A DNA stretch of 64,000 nucleotides from Glycera tridactyla (GCA_965644265.1 OZ286466.1:24490001-24554000); one strand, 5' to 3'; numbered from the stretch's first letter, positions 49,661 to 61,535 are shown. Numbers and translations: made by a program. The notes: generated from the letters alone by a model not told the origin.

Positions 49661-52115
49661 TAATAATAATAATAATAATAATAATGATAATAATGATAAC
49701 AATAATAGACACTTCTTTATTCCATCTGAATAATACCGGAGCTGATCATGGGATCACACTATCTTCTCATCAGGGTGTCAAAATTATAGTGGATGCCTTC
49801 AAAATTACTGAGTTGTAAAGTATCCGAGCGATATTTCATTATGTGAGGTATAACAAAACATTAGCACAATTTTTAGTGAAAATATATTGCCTATTGTGAG
49901 TTAATATGGATGTCCAATTGGTATTAATTTAACATTCTTGCAGTAAAAATATTCATTAGGCTGATTAATGGCTAATGGTTGCATTATGTGAGTGCATTGT
50001 GTGTGTTTGTGCATGCGTGTATGCACATGCATGTATGCATGTCTGCATTTTTGACTCCCATCTTTACACGGATACATGGTCTTGATTCTCCAGGAATTAG
50101 AAAGTATCAAGAAACAGGCAGCACAGTCACGAGAAGCCCGGTCAGAGACGCGACGAATACAGAACGTTTTGTCCTCCATGGGTGAAGATCTGGGAGACCT
50201 TGTCAAGTTCAACCAACTCAAGGTTTGTCAACATTTTCTGTCCTTTCTGAGATTTTCATGGCCTCTCGAGGAATTTTTCCACTGCAGCCGCCCACCTGCC
50301 AGGGCGAGTAGACTTTACAGGTGGGCAGGTGGAAAATGATCATAAACGAATTGCATGTATAAGTAGGGCAGGTTGATTTTCCCAGTGATGAAAGTCTTCT
50401 GGAGATCTCCGGAATTCCGGAGATGACCTAATGATAATGATATTGCCCCCAAATTTGATGGTAGATGGTATTTGATTACCACCCACAACCAACCATTGCT
50501 GGACAGCTTCTGTCTTGGAGGTCAAACAGATATTTAAACTTGTGGCAACAAATTTTTTCATAGGTGTAAAATTAATATGGACCTTGAAACATACATTTCT
50601 GTTTCCTCTAGTGTCATGTTTTCTTATTTTCAGTTAGTGTTCAAAGCATATTCCAGGAAAGAGATAATAATAGTAGTATCTGCATGATATTATCACTGTA
50701 ACAAACGCGCCCAGTGAAAGTTCGTGAATCCTGCAAAGTGGGTTTACGCACTTTTCAGGAAATTTGGTCATGGGCCACTTTCATCACTGTTTTTCAGGGG
50801 GCAGGTTGATTTCCATGATATCTTCTTGCCCTGCACTGTGCAGCTGTATTTTCATGATTGATGATCTGCTGAACAGAACCAAACAGGGTTTGAATCACAT
50901 GCTGTATATATGTTGACGAGATGAGTTCAGTTTGAAAAAAAATGATTGTACTTGTTGGTTCCCCTGAATATGACATTGCTGCAGTGGAGTGTTACACTAA
51001 GGCCTACCCTACTTGCACAGATAGTGTGGGTGCTTAATCAATGCAGTGAAATCTGTCATCAGAGACCCCGATGAGAGGTGGTCTGTCACCACAGGTCCCA
51101 CAATCTCTGCTGGAAATACTCTCAGATCTTATTTGCCTTGGCAATCATCAGATTTCTACACAAGTCATCTCCACAAATGTTTCAGTTCCGTAAGAAGCAC
51201 ATGAAGTTCGCTCGAAGTGGTATTCACGACTGGGGATTGTTTGCACTGGAACCTATCGGGGCGGAGGAGATGGTGATTGAGTATGTTGGACAAGTCATTC
51301 GAATGTGTGTGTCAGATTTACGTGAGAAGAATTACGAAGCTAGTGGCATCGGCAGTAGCTACTTGTTTCGTGTGGACCATGATTACGTCATTGATGCGAC
51401 CAAGTGCGGAAATCTTGCACGCTTCATCAACCATAGCTGTAATGTAAGTATCAAATATTCTGTGATATTTGTACCCAAATTTGACCACTGTTTGTACAGG
51501 TCCTTGAAAACATCTTGAAATTAAAATACTTGCTATACCTTCCTTGAGAAATTCTTAGATTTAGTGAAATAAAGCGGAACAGGGTGCACAGACATAAAGA
51601 ATATTCACCTATCTGTCGGGTAGAATTTTGGTGAGAAAAGTGTGAAAATAAGACCAATATTAGCGGAGATATAAGTTCTGCTGAATGTGTATGGGCCCAG
51701 TTTGTTGAGTGACCAAAAAACTAGATCATACCCTTTTCTTAGCATTTCTGGTGGGGTCAACATCTGTGTGAACATTAGTTGAATGTATGTGCTGCTATAT
51801 TCTGGGGTAAATAACTCAGATTCTAGAATCTACTGCTACTGGGTTTGATATTGCCCAGTCTCTCTTGTTTTCCCTCTTAAATGGAGTAGCCTTGGAAAGA
51901 GCTGTTTGCTAGTAACTCATCACAAACATTTCTTTTTTCAGCCAAATTGCTACGCCAAGGTGATCAGTGTGGAAGCACAGAAGAAAATTGTCATCTATTC
52001 CAAACGGAATATTGATGTCAACGAGGAGATCACGTATGACTACAAGTTCCCGATAGAAGATGAGAAAATTCCATGTCTGTGTGGCACGGCACTCTGTAGG
52101 GGGACCCTCAACTAG
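19930..52115 (+). CDS. SETD1: Histone-lysine N-methyltransferase SETD1/Set1 (H3K4; COMPASS catalytic subunit), ~1,850 aa
   Basis: 18 phase-consistent exons totalling 5,553 nt: 19930-19960, 20068-20207, 28336-28431, 29059-29229, 30169-30268, 33910-35720, 36597-36770, 37646-37885, 38610-38706, 39299-39400, 39854-39998, 41380-41601, 42628-42955, 43823-44092, 44757-45699, 47359-47480, 50094-50222, 51186-51443 plus terminal 51942-52115. Recognised motifs: N-terminal [23 protein letters not shown] motif GCART, N-SET RxxxRR, SET ([29 protein letters not shown]) and post-[16 protein letters not shown]. Confidence 0.96.
23312..23527. mobile_element. ~216-bp MITE with 5-bp TSD (hAT5-like)
   Basis: CAGGGC...GCCCTG termini; AGGCT duplicated exactly. 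Confidence 0.8.
25401..27203. mobile_element. 1.8-kb non-autonomous TIR element with 6-bp TSD, same family as 10452-11731
   Basis: TIR CAGTGTTTGCGAAAA / TTTTCGCGAACACTG; exact CCATCA duplication; shared subterminal TGTCAGACG...CGTCTGACA palindromes. Confidence 0.88.
25963..26046. repeat. (GT)n microsatellite
   Basis: Direct reading. Confidence 0.97.
28336..28431 (+). CDS. SETD1: SETD1 exon ([11 protein letters not shown]...LPVPKFV)
   Basis: Conserved Set1 VRDPR/LPVPKF motif; canonical splice sites. Confidence 0.9.
29059..30268 (+). CDS. SETD1: SETD1 RRM exons (29059-29229; 30169-30268)
   Basis: [20 protein letters not shown]...[12 protein letters not shown] / [28 protein letters not shown], the Set1 RRM. 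Confidence 0.93.
30562..30784. mobile_element. CAGGGCTCTAC-family MITE, 5-bp TSD
   Basis: TIR CAGGGCTCTAC / GTAGAGCCCTG; flanks AATGG / GATGG. Confidence 0.8.
30834..32378 (+). mobile_element. Helentron-associated/DINE-1-like non-autonomous element with a ~145-bp satellite array
   Basis: 5' TTTTTATACCCCGC..GCGGGGTAT stem, (GTAC/GTCC)n microsatellite, ~8.5 units of 145 bp, 3' GCGGGGTAT subterminal IR, short hairpin and CTTGTT end. Confidence 0.8.
32409..32630. mobile_element. CAGGGCTCTAC-family MITE, 5-bp TSD
   Basis: 11-bp perfect TIR; exact TGGAT duplication. Confidence 0.88.
32647..33395. mobile_element. 749-bp CpG-rich TIR element with 6-bp TSD
   Basis: TIR CAGAGATGC / GCATCTCTG; exact TCATGA duplication. 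Confidence 0.85.
33527..33729. mobile_element. 203-bp MITE with 6-bp TSD
   Basis: TIR CA(C/A)G(A/G)TTGCATCC; exact CTACAC duplication. A related older copy lies at ~57808-58028. Confidence 0.8.
33910..35720 (+). CDS. SETD1: SETD1 large Pro-rich / RD-rich exon
   Basis: Core of the 614-aa ORF; TTTCAG|GC acceptor, CAG|GTGAGA donor. Confidence 0.92.
36597..37885 (+). CDS. SETD1: SETD1 exons 36597-36770 and 37646-37885
   Basis: [27 protein letters not shown] and [13 protein letters not shown] match conserved SETD1 central blocks. Confidence 0.9.
37338..37551. mobile_element. CAGGGCTCTA-terminated MITE, 5-bp TSD
   Basis: Exact ATAAT duplication; interior of GGCTACCA repeats differs from other copies. 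Confidence 0.85.
38610..44092 (+). CDS. SETD1: SETD1 acidic low-complexity exons (38610-38706, 39299-39400, 39854-39998, 41380-41601, 42628-42955, 43823-44092)
   Basis: E/D/S-rich exons with canonical splice sites and unbroken phase continuity (1,1,2,2,0,0). Confidence 0.85.
40006..40182 (+). mobile_element. 177-bp Tigger/pogo-like MITE, TA TSD
   Basis: CAGTAAAACCTG...CAGGTTTCACTG flanked by TA; near-identical copies at 55686-55859 and 56181-56357. Confidence 0.85.
40400..40619. mobile_element. 220-bp MITE with 5-bp TSD
   Basis: CAGGACTTGACGCTAAGG / CCTTAACTTCGAGCCTTG imperfect TIR; exact CTGTA duplication. Confidence 0.75.
41087..41256. mobile_element. ~170-bp hairpin-type MITE
   Basis: ~45-bp inverted arms AAGAATATATGGCTGTGA...TCACAGCCATATATTCTT. 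Confidence 0.6.
44757..45699 (+). CDS. SETD1: SETD1 exon with HCF-1-binding motifs and start of N-SET region
   Basis: Core of the 356-aa ORF; [18 protein letters not shown]...[10 protein letters not shown]. Confidence 0.92.
45953..46040. repeat. Compound (GT)n/(GCGT)n microsatellite
   Basis: Direct reading. Confidence 0.95.
46680..46856. mobile_element. Tigger/pogo-like MITE, TA TSD (abundant AAAGACCACC family)
   Basis: TIR CAGTCAAACCTG / CAGGTTCGACTG. Relatives at 54415-54593, 47077-47218, ~18500-18660, ~21950-22100, ~22400-22550, ~2890-3000 and ~55290-55430. Confidence 0.85.
47359..47480 (+). CDS. SETD1: SETD1 WIN-motif exon
   Basis: [11 protein letters not shown], the WDR5-interaction motif; CAG|GTAAGT donor. 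Confidence 0.93.
47511..49555 (+). mobile_element. Helentron-associated/DINE-1-like element with a ~170-bp satellite array
   Basis: 5' GTCCCCCGCCGG..GGGGGACTATA, (GTCC)n, ~10 units of ~170 bp, 3' ATAGTCCC..CGGCGGGGGAC subterminal IR, perfect hairpin GCATCA-C-TGATGC, then CTTGTTT. Confidence 0.85.
49623..49706. repeat. (AAT)n microsatellite
   Basis: Direct reading. Confidence 0.97.
50094..50222 (+). CDS. SETD1: SETD1 N-SET exon
   Basis: REARSETRR (RxxxRR) ... DLVKFNQLK. Confidence 0.93.
51186..52115 (+). CDS. SETD1: SETD1 SET and post-SET exons (51186-51443; 51942-52115)
   Basis: [19 protein letters not shown]...NHSCN / PNCYAKVI...CRGTLN*. Confidence 0.97.
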
Positions 52116-55009
52116 TACTGGAGAACGTAAACAGTGGCTCGTGAATTCTTGTTCAGAAATCGTCATCTCACCAGGATGTTGCTTCCATGTTGTGACAACC
52201 AATACTGCCAGAATAAGATTTTATCAGGTTTTGAACAATTNNNNNNNNNNNNNNNNNNNNNNNNNNNNNNNNNNNNNNNNNNNNNNNNNNNNNNNNNNNN
52301 NNNNNNNNNNNNNNNNNNNNNNNNNNNNNNNNNNNNNNNNNNNNNNNNNNNNNNNNNNNNNNNNNNNNNNNNNNNNNNNNNNNNNNNNNNNNNNNNNNNN
52401 TCCATGGGGGGGGGCGGGGCTTGCTTGACTTGACTTCTGTACATTCATCATGAAATTGACCATTCAGTCTTGTTGACTTCAACTGCCTGGGTGTGAGATC
52501 TATATTCATCTGAATGTTTGACTCGTAAGGAATGCCTTAGTCATGTCGAAATTTCACGCTACATTGTACTTGAATACTGTGAGTTGAGTTGTTGAATGAA
52601 TTTACCCTTTATTTCATACGAATGTCAGAGATAGAGAAAGAATGAAATTCCTGTGACAAATGTTTGTCCATTTTGTATGGAGAAATGTTAAAACAGGATG
52701 AACTTTTGAAATTACCATAGTGTATTTTGCCAAAATTTGAAGAGAAGAAAATTGATGAAGATATGAGGAGGGCTGACACAGTGTGCAGAATCCTACAGCC
52801 TCATCAAACATCGGTGATTTATATATGCAGAGTATTATTGGTATCCAGTTGNNNNNNNNNNNNNNNNNNNNNNNNNNNNNNNNNNNNNNNNNNNNNNNNN
52901 NNNNNNNNNNNNNNNNNNNNNNNNNNNNNNNNNNNNNNNNNNNNNNNNNNNNNNNNNNNNNNNNNNNNNNNNNNNNNNNNNNNNNNNNNNNNNNNNNNNN
53001 NNNNNNNNNNNNNNNNNNNNNNATGATCACATGTATACATCTTTTGTGTCACATTTAGCATGTTCGAAAATGGATCTTGATTTGTTGTGAGACTGCCATT
53101 TTGCCAAAATCGAGCTCAAAATGAACATTTCCTGTGAAATAAAAATCTATTAGATACTTCCCAATATGTCACCAAAACATGGTCCTTTAAAAGAGAAAGG
53201 GGTGTTTTTTTTGGAGGTCACTTTCATCACATAAGGTTGCCTGGTATTAGAAGTGAAATTCATCAACTGTCTGGGAAAGTAACCAGACAGTTCATGGATT
53301 GAGCTAAAGTGGAGGTGGGGTTGCCTGCAAAACCTTCATGGCAAATTGGGAGACTTTGGAAATGGCTCTACAAGATGAGGGATGCATTACCAAGGACATA
53401 CCAGTGTGGGTGTGCATGCGGCTCGTGTCTGTGTCCACTCGTCTGCATTAATGTTAAGAGTTGATTTTGTTCTCAAGTTCTCCAAGCTTTATATTTTTTT
53501 ATAGTCAGTTACTGATTACTCAGTTTAAGGTTTTTTTCTTGAAATGGGCAAATCTCTTGACTTTGAATGAAACACAAGGAGCAAAAAATAATTGTTAGCA
53601 AAGCTACATAAGAAAATCTAATTGTAACATAATAAGTTGATATTGAAGAAAGGCTGTTGAAATTGCCAATTGTTGTATTGTCATGGGCACTTGGTGCAAG
53701 TTTCATATTTGTTTGAGTCAATTTTTTTCCGCTTGTGTCTTCATAGGTCGAAAGAGCAAGAAGCTTGGCTTCTAGTATGGCGGTTCCATTTCTGTAATTT
53801 ATTGAATGTGTCAGACAATCATACTGACTTCATCATCCAGTGAACATAGGACATCCATGTAATGTATGTAACGGGGTAACGTACATCCCATGGACCTTCA
53901 GTGTTTGCTGGGTGCAGATCCCAGTTCTCTTTCATGTTACTGAAGTATGCCACAAAAATCCAGGCGGCAGACATGAAATTGCACGATTCTCAGAAAGTTT
54001 ATTAGAATGGAGAAAATAGCGCTATGATGACCTTCGCTGTGAGCCAATCAAATCTTAGATCAGAGGAAAAAACTGAAATGTTATGAAATTGTGAAATCCC
54101 CAAGGGTTCGCTTTGTTATTTCTCAGATTGGGATATGATCTCTCACATATGGCAAGAATGATTCATCTTGTTATGGTTTCTCATATTATTTCATCATTCA
54201 TTTCCAAATGGCTTTGGGAGTCCATAAACTTGGTGTATGACATCTAGGAATCTGTCATGAACGTTGATTTTTATCGTGTGCCTCTTTATTGCTACGTGTG
54301 TAGTCATTGTCAGATATGAGTTCAGCGATATTTCTACTGTGAAGCATGTGAGAATAGGCCATCCGAGATATTGCCAAGAATGATCTTGCAAAAGAGGAGG
54401 TCTCGTTAGGGGTACAGTCGAACCTACTCCAAAGACCACCTCTCTATATAAAGACACCTCCCTATAAAGACCACCCTGAGCTGGGACCATGGTAGTATAT
54501 TCAACAGTAAATGACCTCTCTATAAATGCCACCTCCTTATAAAGACCACTTTCTGATGCGACCAAAGGCGATCTTTATAGGGACGTTCGACTGTATATTT
54601 ATCTTAGTGACGACACCCTGAGAAGGAAGTGTGGTAGCGTTGTGAGATCGGGACCCTGGTCTTTCGTCCGGAGGATCTCGTCACAGGTTTACTGCATGTA
54701 TGATCAGATGTGAGCTAATTTCTGCGCGGCTTTTCCTGTAAATATGTACTGTATGTCAGTGGTAGCTATAAAAATGATACATCTCCTGTATGTTGGGCCA
54801 GTATCATGAGATGCTGAGGAGAGGTATGGATACGGGGGTGTCATCATATATTCCAGTTGGCAATGTGTGATCACAGGTAGAATCGTATACACCTGTGCAG
54901 ACAGCCAAATGCACTTAATGCTTCACATATGGCCATACTTGAGTATGTTATCATGCCCCTGTCGATGTAGTTGGCTTGTTTGATGAGGCTTGATTAGATA
55001 GACATACTG

Positions 55010-55010
<1 letters not shown>

Positions 55011-55085
<75 letters not shown>
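55011..55085. repeat. (GT)n microsatellite
   Basis: Direct reading. Confidence 0.97.
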
Positions 55086-55092
<7 letters not shown>

Positions 55093-55685
55093 TGCATGTG
55101 GGAGAGTGCATGCATGTGTTCTAGCATGCATGTAGAGTAGTTGCTCGAATACTTGCCTCGGTGTAGAGTGCCTGATTGATTCATGTCTGCCCCGTGTACC
55201 GTCAGCTCTGGTGTTGTATACAGGTTTGGTGCTTACTCATTGAAGTTAAACATGCCAAATGAATTGCACACACCAGAAACATCCAGTGGAACCTGATTGA
55301 AAGACCACCTATATAGTAAAGCCATTCTGAACTGTGACCATGATCATATGTACATGAACTACACTAAACAACCTTCCTTATAAGACCACTTCAGTGCAGC
55401 AAAGGGTAGTATCTGTAGACAGGTTTGATTATATTTGGAATCCAACAGGCAGGAGCAACTTTGCCAATTCTACGAGTATTCATCAACGCCTTGTTTTATC
55501 GAACAATTTATGGCTCCTGACTTGTAATTTGTCGTAATGGGGCATGTTTTGCCAAGTCCAACATCTCTGAGAGCCAGGAGATGCTTCTGGTTGTCAAGGA
55601 TTTATGCTGGGAACCATGGTGACCTCGATGATAACCTACACATTTGAATACAAGTACTAAAAGAAGATCTGGTCTGATGAAACTA

Positions 55686-55859
55686 CAGTAAAACCTGTCT
55701 TAAGTGAAAAGTCACGGGACCAAATTTTTCTTCCATTAAGACAGGATTTTGCTTAGTGCAGGACAATTATAGTGAGAAAAAAACATCCATGCAGACCGTG
55801 GCTTATGTGCTTAAGACAGGATTTTGCCTAGCGCAGGTTCACACTCAAGCAGGTTTCAC
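55686..55859 (+). mobile_element. 177-bp-family Tigger-like MITE inserted in the TIR of another MITE
   Basis: Near-identical to 40006-40182; last bases lost at a TTTCAC microhomology. Confidence 0.8.
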
Positions 55860-56180
55860 GATACACCATTGAAAGGCACAAACTACATTTTCAGAAATCA
55901 CCCAATCATCCAATTTCTCGTGGATATGAACCTGGGATCTCCAGCATGGCACAAACCGCCTAGCCTGTGGAGGAGCAAGCTGACTTGCACGCTGGGCTAT
56001 GTGGATCACTCCAAAAAGTTGCAAAAACCCAGCCAGGAGCATGCTACACTGCACCCACAAGAAATCAGATGATTTCTGAAAGTGTAATGTGTACATTTCA
56101 ATGGAGTATTGTGAAAATAGTTTCATCTAACCACATCCCATTGCGTGGAATTTCACAAAGACCTGGTCCCTTTCTAATTA

Positions 56181-56357
56181 CAGTGAAACCTGCTTGAGTG
56201 TAAACCTGCGCTAGGCAAAATCCTGTCTTGAGCGCATACCCCACGGTCTGCCCGGATGTTTTTTTCTCACTATAATTGTCCTGCGCTAAGCAAAATCCTG
56301 TCTTAAGTGAAAGAAAAATTTGGTCCCGTGACTTTTCACTTAAGACAGGTTTTACTG
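56181..56357 (-). mobile_element. 177-bp-family Tigger-like MITE, inverted copy
   Basis: Reverse complement of 40006-40182; TA TSD. Confidence 0.85.
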
Positions 56358-58512
56358 TACTTTGATTGTGTTGAGAAGTGCTGAGATTGGCCTGCACACA
56401 TACAATGGAATCTATGATGTCACCAAGAAAATTGTCCTTCATGTTGAAGTGTCAGCTACAACCTTTCAGGTTCCCCATCATCTTGTGTCATCTTGTGTGT
56501 TTGTGGGAGTGATGTCTGCAGGGAGAGAACATCTAGCTTTCATTGACCAGGATCACATGGCATATTTAATCCTGTCTGTTGGTACATGCCAATTAACCTT
56601 AAAAAAAATCAATCATATCTTACAGATCCCGACCCTTGCGATGACAGTGACTGCTAGATATCCAGTAATCAATTAAACATGAACTTCATCATCTCATGTT
56701 CGAGGTCTTCGGGGCTGGGAGATGCATCCAATGTTCAATGCTCTATAACACATGGCATATGGTGAAACCTGCAAAGAGAGACTGCCCTGAAGTTCACCAG
56801 AGTGGTCTCATCAGGGGTATATTTTACTGTCAAATAGAAATTCCAGTCTTGAAGAGTGGTCTCCCATCAGAGTGGTCTTATCTTGGATCTCTCATCGCAG
56901 GTTGCACTGTAATATTGCTTTGGTTGATTGGTGTCATTAGAACCCAACCAGCCAACTTCTCAGGGTTCATATCATTGCTTGAGGAAGCGCAACCAACCAC
57001 TATTGGTGAGAATGCCACCGATTCATCCAATTGACATCCAACAAATACCTGCAGAAGTGGCAGGCAAAGTCTATGTACAAGTGGTGTTTTGTACAGTGGT
57101 GCCAATTTTCTGAAAATTTTCAGAAATCCGAAAATTTATTGGAAATATTAATTTCAAAAATGGCTATAATCTGGCTGGTCTCAGAACAAATTCTTTTGAT
57201 GATATGTGGGGGTAGTTTCAGGAAATGTTTTCATATTCCCGAAAAATTCACCTTCATCTTATTGATATCACTGTTTGTATGTGTTTGCCATATGGTTTTC
57301 ACTTGTCTCTTGATAATGGTCTATTTCTGGGGGCCATATTTAGATGAAATGTATTTTTGTTGTGAATGCTGTGAGGGATACAATGGAGAACCGGTAATCC
57401 AAAAGTCAACTTTATTCTTGTATCAAGATTTGCTGAGAGGAATTTGTCACTGCATTGTTCTATGATTGTGTCAGACATCAAAATGAATTGTGTGTGTGTA
57501 TATATGAGGATGTATAGAAGCAGACCGGTTTTCCTCATTGTAAGATAAAATGGTCACCCTGCATGAGCTGTACAGATCCTTGTAAATAAAACTTCTGCAG
57601 GATCCTGGGACTGGGTGATTGTATGATTTTGTATAAAAAAGTAAGAATAAATTCAAATACATAAATCAGCAATCTGTCTTGGATTCCAATTTATTTACAT
57701 GCCAGAAAGTATTTTCAGTTTCTCATGCATTTCCTTTTACCAAGAACTGTGCTTTGCTCAAAATGAACGCTGTCACTCCAACGTAAATGTCCGCTTCCAA
57801 CCAGTGACAGGGGTGCACCCGAGGGGGTAGGGAGCATTGGGCATTTCACACATGTCCAGTCTGGGTGCTTTTTCCAGACATTTAGGGGACATGATGCCCC
57901 CTTGATCAACAAGAAGTCTGCAATTTCCCATATTGAATAAACCTGTTTAAAAGAAGTTTTTTGGAAGGAATGTCCCTTTTTTCAGTGGGTAGATGCCCCC
58001 TATTTAGGGAATTTCCGATGCAACCCTGCATACATATGTCATCTTCACGATTATCATGTCCTTGTTGGATAGGTGGAGGTGTGTCTGTACTGACCGTTTC
58101 TTCAGGCCACTTGCAGAATTATCATTCTAGTATTGGTCAACTGCTTCCTCATTTACCCAAATGGTGCTGCAGTTCCCAGATAGGATTAGTCAAACTGTGG
58201 ATGGAAAGGATCACTCATATGCCAATCCCTGTGATAGATAAGCAAAACAGCAGGAGGGGAGACAAAGCTGCTCAGCCCAGGAAATAATGAGAATCATGAA
58301 CAGCAAGCACAAACGCTACATGAAAGATCCATAGATGTTTATTCATGTTCCCAAGAGTACACTTTGTCCAAAAATGGGTATGGTTTCTGTAGCAAACCAA
58401 CAGTGCAAGATTACATTCAAACACTCGATACAAAATAGACATGCTGCCATCAGTGAGATAATCACTGTGTTGGTGCAAAAAAGGATATTTTGCCATTTCA
58501 AACTGGCATCTT

Positions 58513-58723
58513 AGTGCTTTACGCTAAGGGTTGCCCTACTGACACAGGCAGGCAGATTTGTTGTTAGGGCAGGTAATTTTATGTCTGCCTGCCCTATGGG
58601 CAGGTACTCTACCATTATTTAGGCTTTGAATATATGCAGGTGAAAATGTCAGGGAGGGTAGGTTAAAATCACACTTCACCTGCCCGAAGGACAGTTGAAG
58701 AGAGAAGTTGATGTAGAGCCCTG
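58513..58723. mobile_element. CAGGGCTCTAC-family MITE, degenerate left end
   Basis: Right TIR GTAGAGCCCTG; ATCTT on both flanks; interior matches the reverse complement of 30562-30784. Confidence 0.7.
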
Positions 58724-61340
58724 ATCTTGAGTTGCTGACGTTAGAAATCTGTTTTCCCATGATTCAGACTAATTTCTTTGATCCAGTTTGGCGTCAACGC
58801 AGAGTCAGGCTGGCGATCCACTTCTAATCCAATGATCCAGATGCCAGAGTGAATTATCACCAATCAAGGCATATTCCAAAACTGTACATGGGACTTGAGC
58901 CACACAATATATATGTTTATATACAATCAATTTATACTTGAATCAAAACCAAGCTCGAATTTCTCTTGACTGGCCCTTAACAAAAACCATTGAAACATGT
59001 CCTGTGTATCTGCAAACCATCGAATCCAAATACCTGTCAACAAAATGATGATAAAACTGAAGAAGAGAAAAAGGCCAGGTGCCAACATTTGATGATCAAA
59101 AAAGTAATTATGTCAAACATTAGGAGTAATGATGACAGTATTATGGTCAAATAAGAGGATCCTGGATTGATTGATTGATGTTTAATGGCATGTATCAACC
59201 CAAAGGATTGTGTGCCATGTGTGTTCCTGGTCAATGAAAGCTAGATATTCTATCCCCTGCAGGCATCACTTACACAAACCCTGAACACAAGATCATGGGA
59301 ACCTGAAAGGTTGTCAAGTGGAAGTAGCTGGTGGTTTAGACACACCTCTACCTACCGGTACTCAACATAAAGAAACTGAATCTAATAATGGCATATCTAA
59401 CTAGGTATTGACCACTGGAAGCTGACACTCAAGCCTGATAGCAATGCTTTGAGGATCTTGGATTTCGTGGAGTAATGGAACATGTGAAATGCCAACATTT
59501 TGGCTCAAAAAGAGTTACCATTACTCCAAAATCATTATGGTTGGCACCTTTTTCTTCTCCACTAGTTATGGTCCATTTTTGATGAGCTGAGAACGAGGAT
59601 ATTAAGTTTACAATACTCTCTTCTATTCTAAGTTTGGCTTGTTGCATTTGCTCTCCAACAGTTGGCAATGACATTCCTTGCCAGGATTGTTGGAGTACAA
59701 GTCTTTCTAATTTATGAAGAGTATACATCACAGAAGGGTGAAGAGCATGGGCAAGGCACTGTACAATTATACTGAAGAGGACTGGTGAAGTACTGGGCTA
59801 CTGTTACCGCAAGTAGAGGTAACTCCAGTATGAGGTGTAGATCGTATTGACGAGAATTTATCACCACTTCATGCAGAGATGAGAGATTATGATTATTACC
59901 TGAGATTTGCTAGTTGTCTCACATGAGTAGACAAGACAATGCGCAACTGGGGTAAACATTAAATCCACAGCCGAAAGAGAGACACACCCAAAGTTTATCG
60001 GCCAGCCTCTGGCAGCAGGGCTAGTGGTAAGTTACTTCATACAGACAAAAGTTCATACTACAGCCTAAGGGGATGCAGAAAAATTCTGAGCTCATTCACT
60101 ATTATGCATGCTTGACAGTAGTCTCTCTACATCCCATTCAAGTTTCGATAAATGTCATCATACGTCGTGAGAGAAAACCACAAGCATGCATCATGGTGAC
60201 ATTCTAAAGCATGAGCGTATACATTAAAAGGATTTATAGATTTATGTGTTGCAATAATGCAATTGAAAGGAAAAGACATGGTTACATGCCTGCACCAACA
60301 TAGAAAGAGAAATCTCAACATGAAGACATCAAGAGTGACAAAACGCAACAATATTTCCTAGATAACTGTAATCTGGGGGAAGGGGATTTTTCCCCAACAA
60401 TATCTCACTCTTAATCACAGACACTTGACAATGATTCTGAATTTCTCAGCAGTACATATAAAAGTTGCTCAGGTACACTTGTGATGGGGCCAATAATTGA
60501 CTCCAGTCCATGATTGACTGAAATGGATCACGACTAATCATTGATGACAAAAATACAATATGGATATAATATGATTTTTAATGATACAGACTTTTTTTTC
60601 AGAGAATGGGCAACTCGCAAAGAATTCTCATTTTCTGTTGAGGCTTCCTAGCCAAATATATGAGAAGGAAGAAGATGGAAGGACACTACATGCTGATCAT
60701 TTCTAATGATCGTCCATCCAAGAAGTAGCATCTTCACGAATGTCGTATACCCACATGCCAATCTTAAAACAGAAATGGTGAAGAACATAGTCATCTAAAA
60801 TTCATTGGATAATGAAAGATGCCAAAATACAAAGAGTTTCTGGGGTAAATTAACATGAAAGACTTATTGTGGGAATCACAGTGCCATCTCCAACGTAAAC
60901 ACACAGGTCAACCAGTTCAACTTTGTGTATGTTTTCATAATCTACATATCGATATTACTACATTAAACAGAAGATATAAAATAGATACTTCTAATTTACG
61001 ATTGTACAAAACTGTTCTCTACAATAGGATAGCTAATTCAGAATATTCATTCCCTAATCAGCAAATGAGTGACTCAAAACATAAATGACGATCATGATTT
61101 GTGATTTATTACGTGTCCTGCAGGTAATAACATTCAACACTATATCAACAGATATTACTAGAATGTGCCCCTGCATGCTAGATACATTGACTGAGTTGAT
61201 GGAGTCTAACTGATACAGAGATGTACCCAAATGATGCCAATCTCAAAGATATTCATGTACTTCACTGATTGCAGTCTATTCAGCGAATGATTTGTCTCAG
61301 TAGACAGAATATAAACAGTCACTTTCTGGGCATATAAAGT

Positions 61341-61535
61341 TTCTCTGATGTAACTAGTGTGCACATGAAAAATTTCATGAGAAATGTCTTTTTATCAATT
61401 TATTGATCTGGATGAAATCTGAACTCAGAGCACAAAGATTCTTCTCTGATGTAACTAGTGTGCACATGAAAAATTTCATGAGAAATGTCTTTTTTATCAA
61501 TTTATTGATCTGGATGAAATCTGAACTCAGACATG
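61341..61535. repeat. Two-copy ~101-bp near-perfect tandem duplication
   Basis: TTCTCTGATGTAACTAGTGTGCACATG... starts at 61341 and 61442. Confidence 0.9.

Larger units (their letters stand above)
10208..53022. other. Five assembly gaps (10208-10370, 15949-16137, 37958-38120, 52241-52400, 52852-53022)
   Basis: N runs of 160-189 nt; none falls inside a modelled exon. Confidence 0.99.

Noticed and set aside
49508-49818. Poly-Leu / poly-Ile ORFs
   Set aside because: (AAT)n microsatellite translations.
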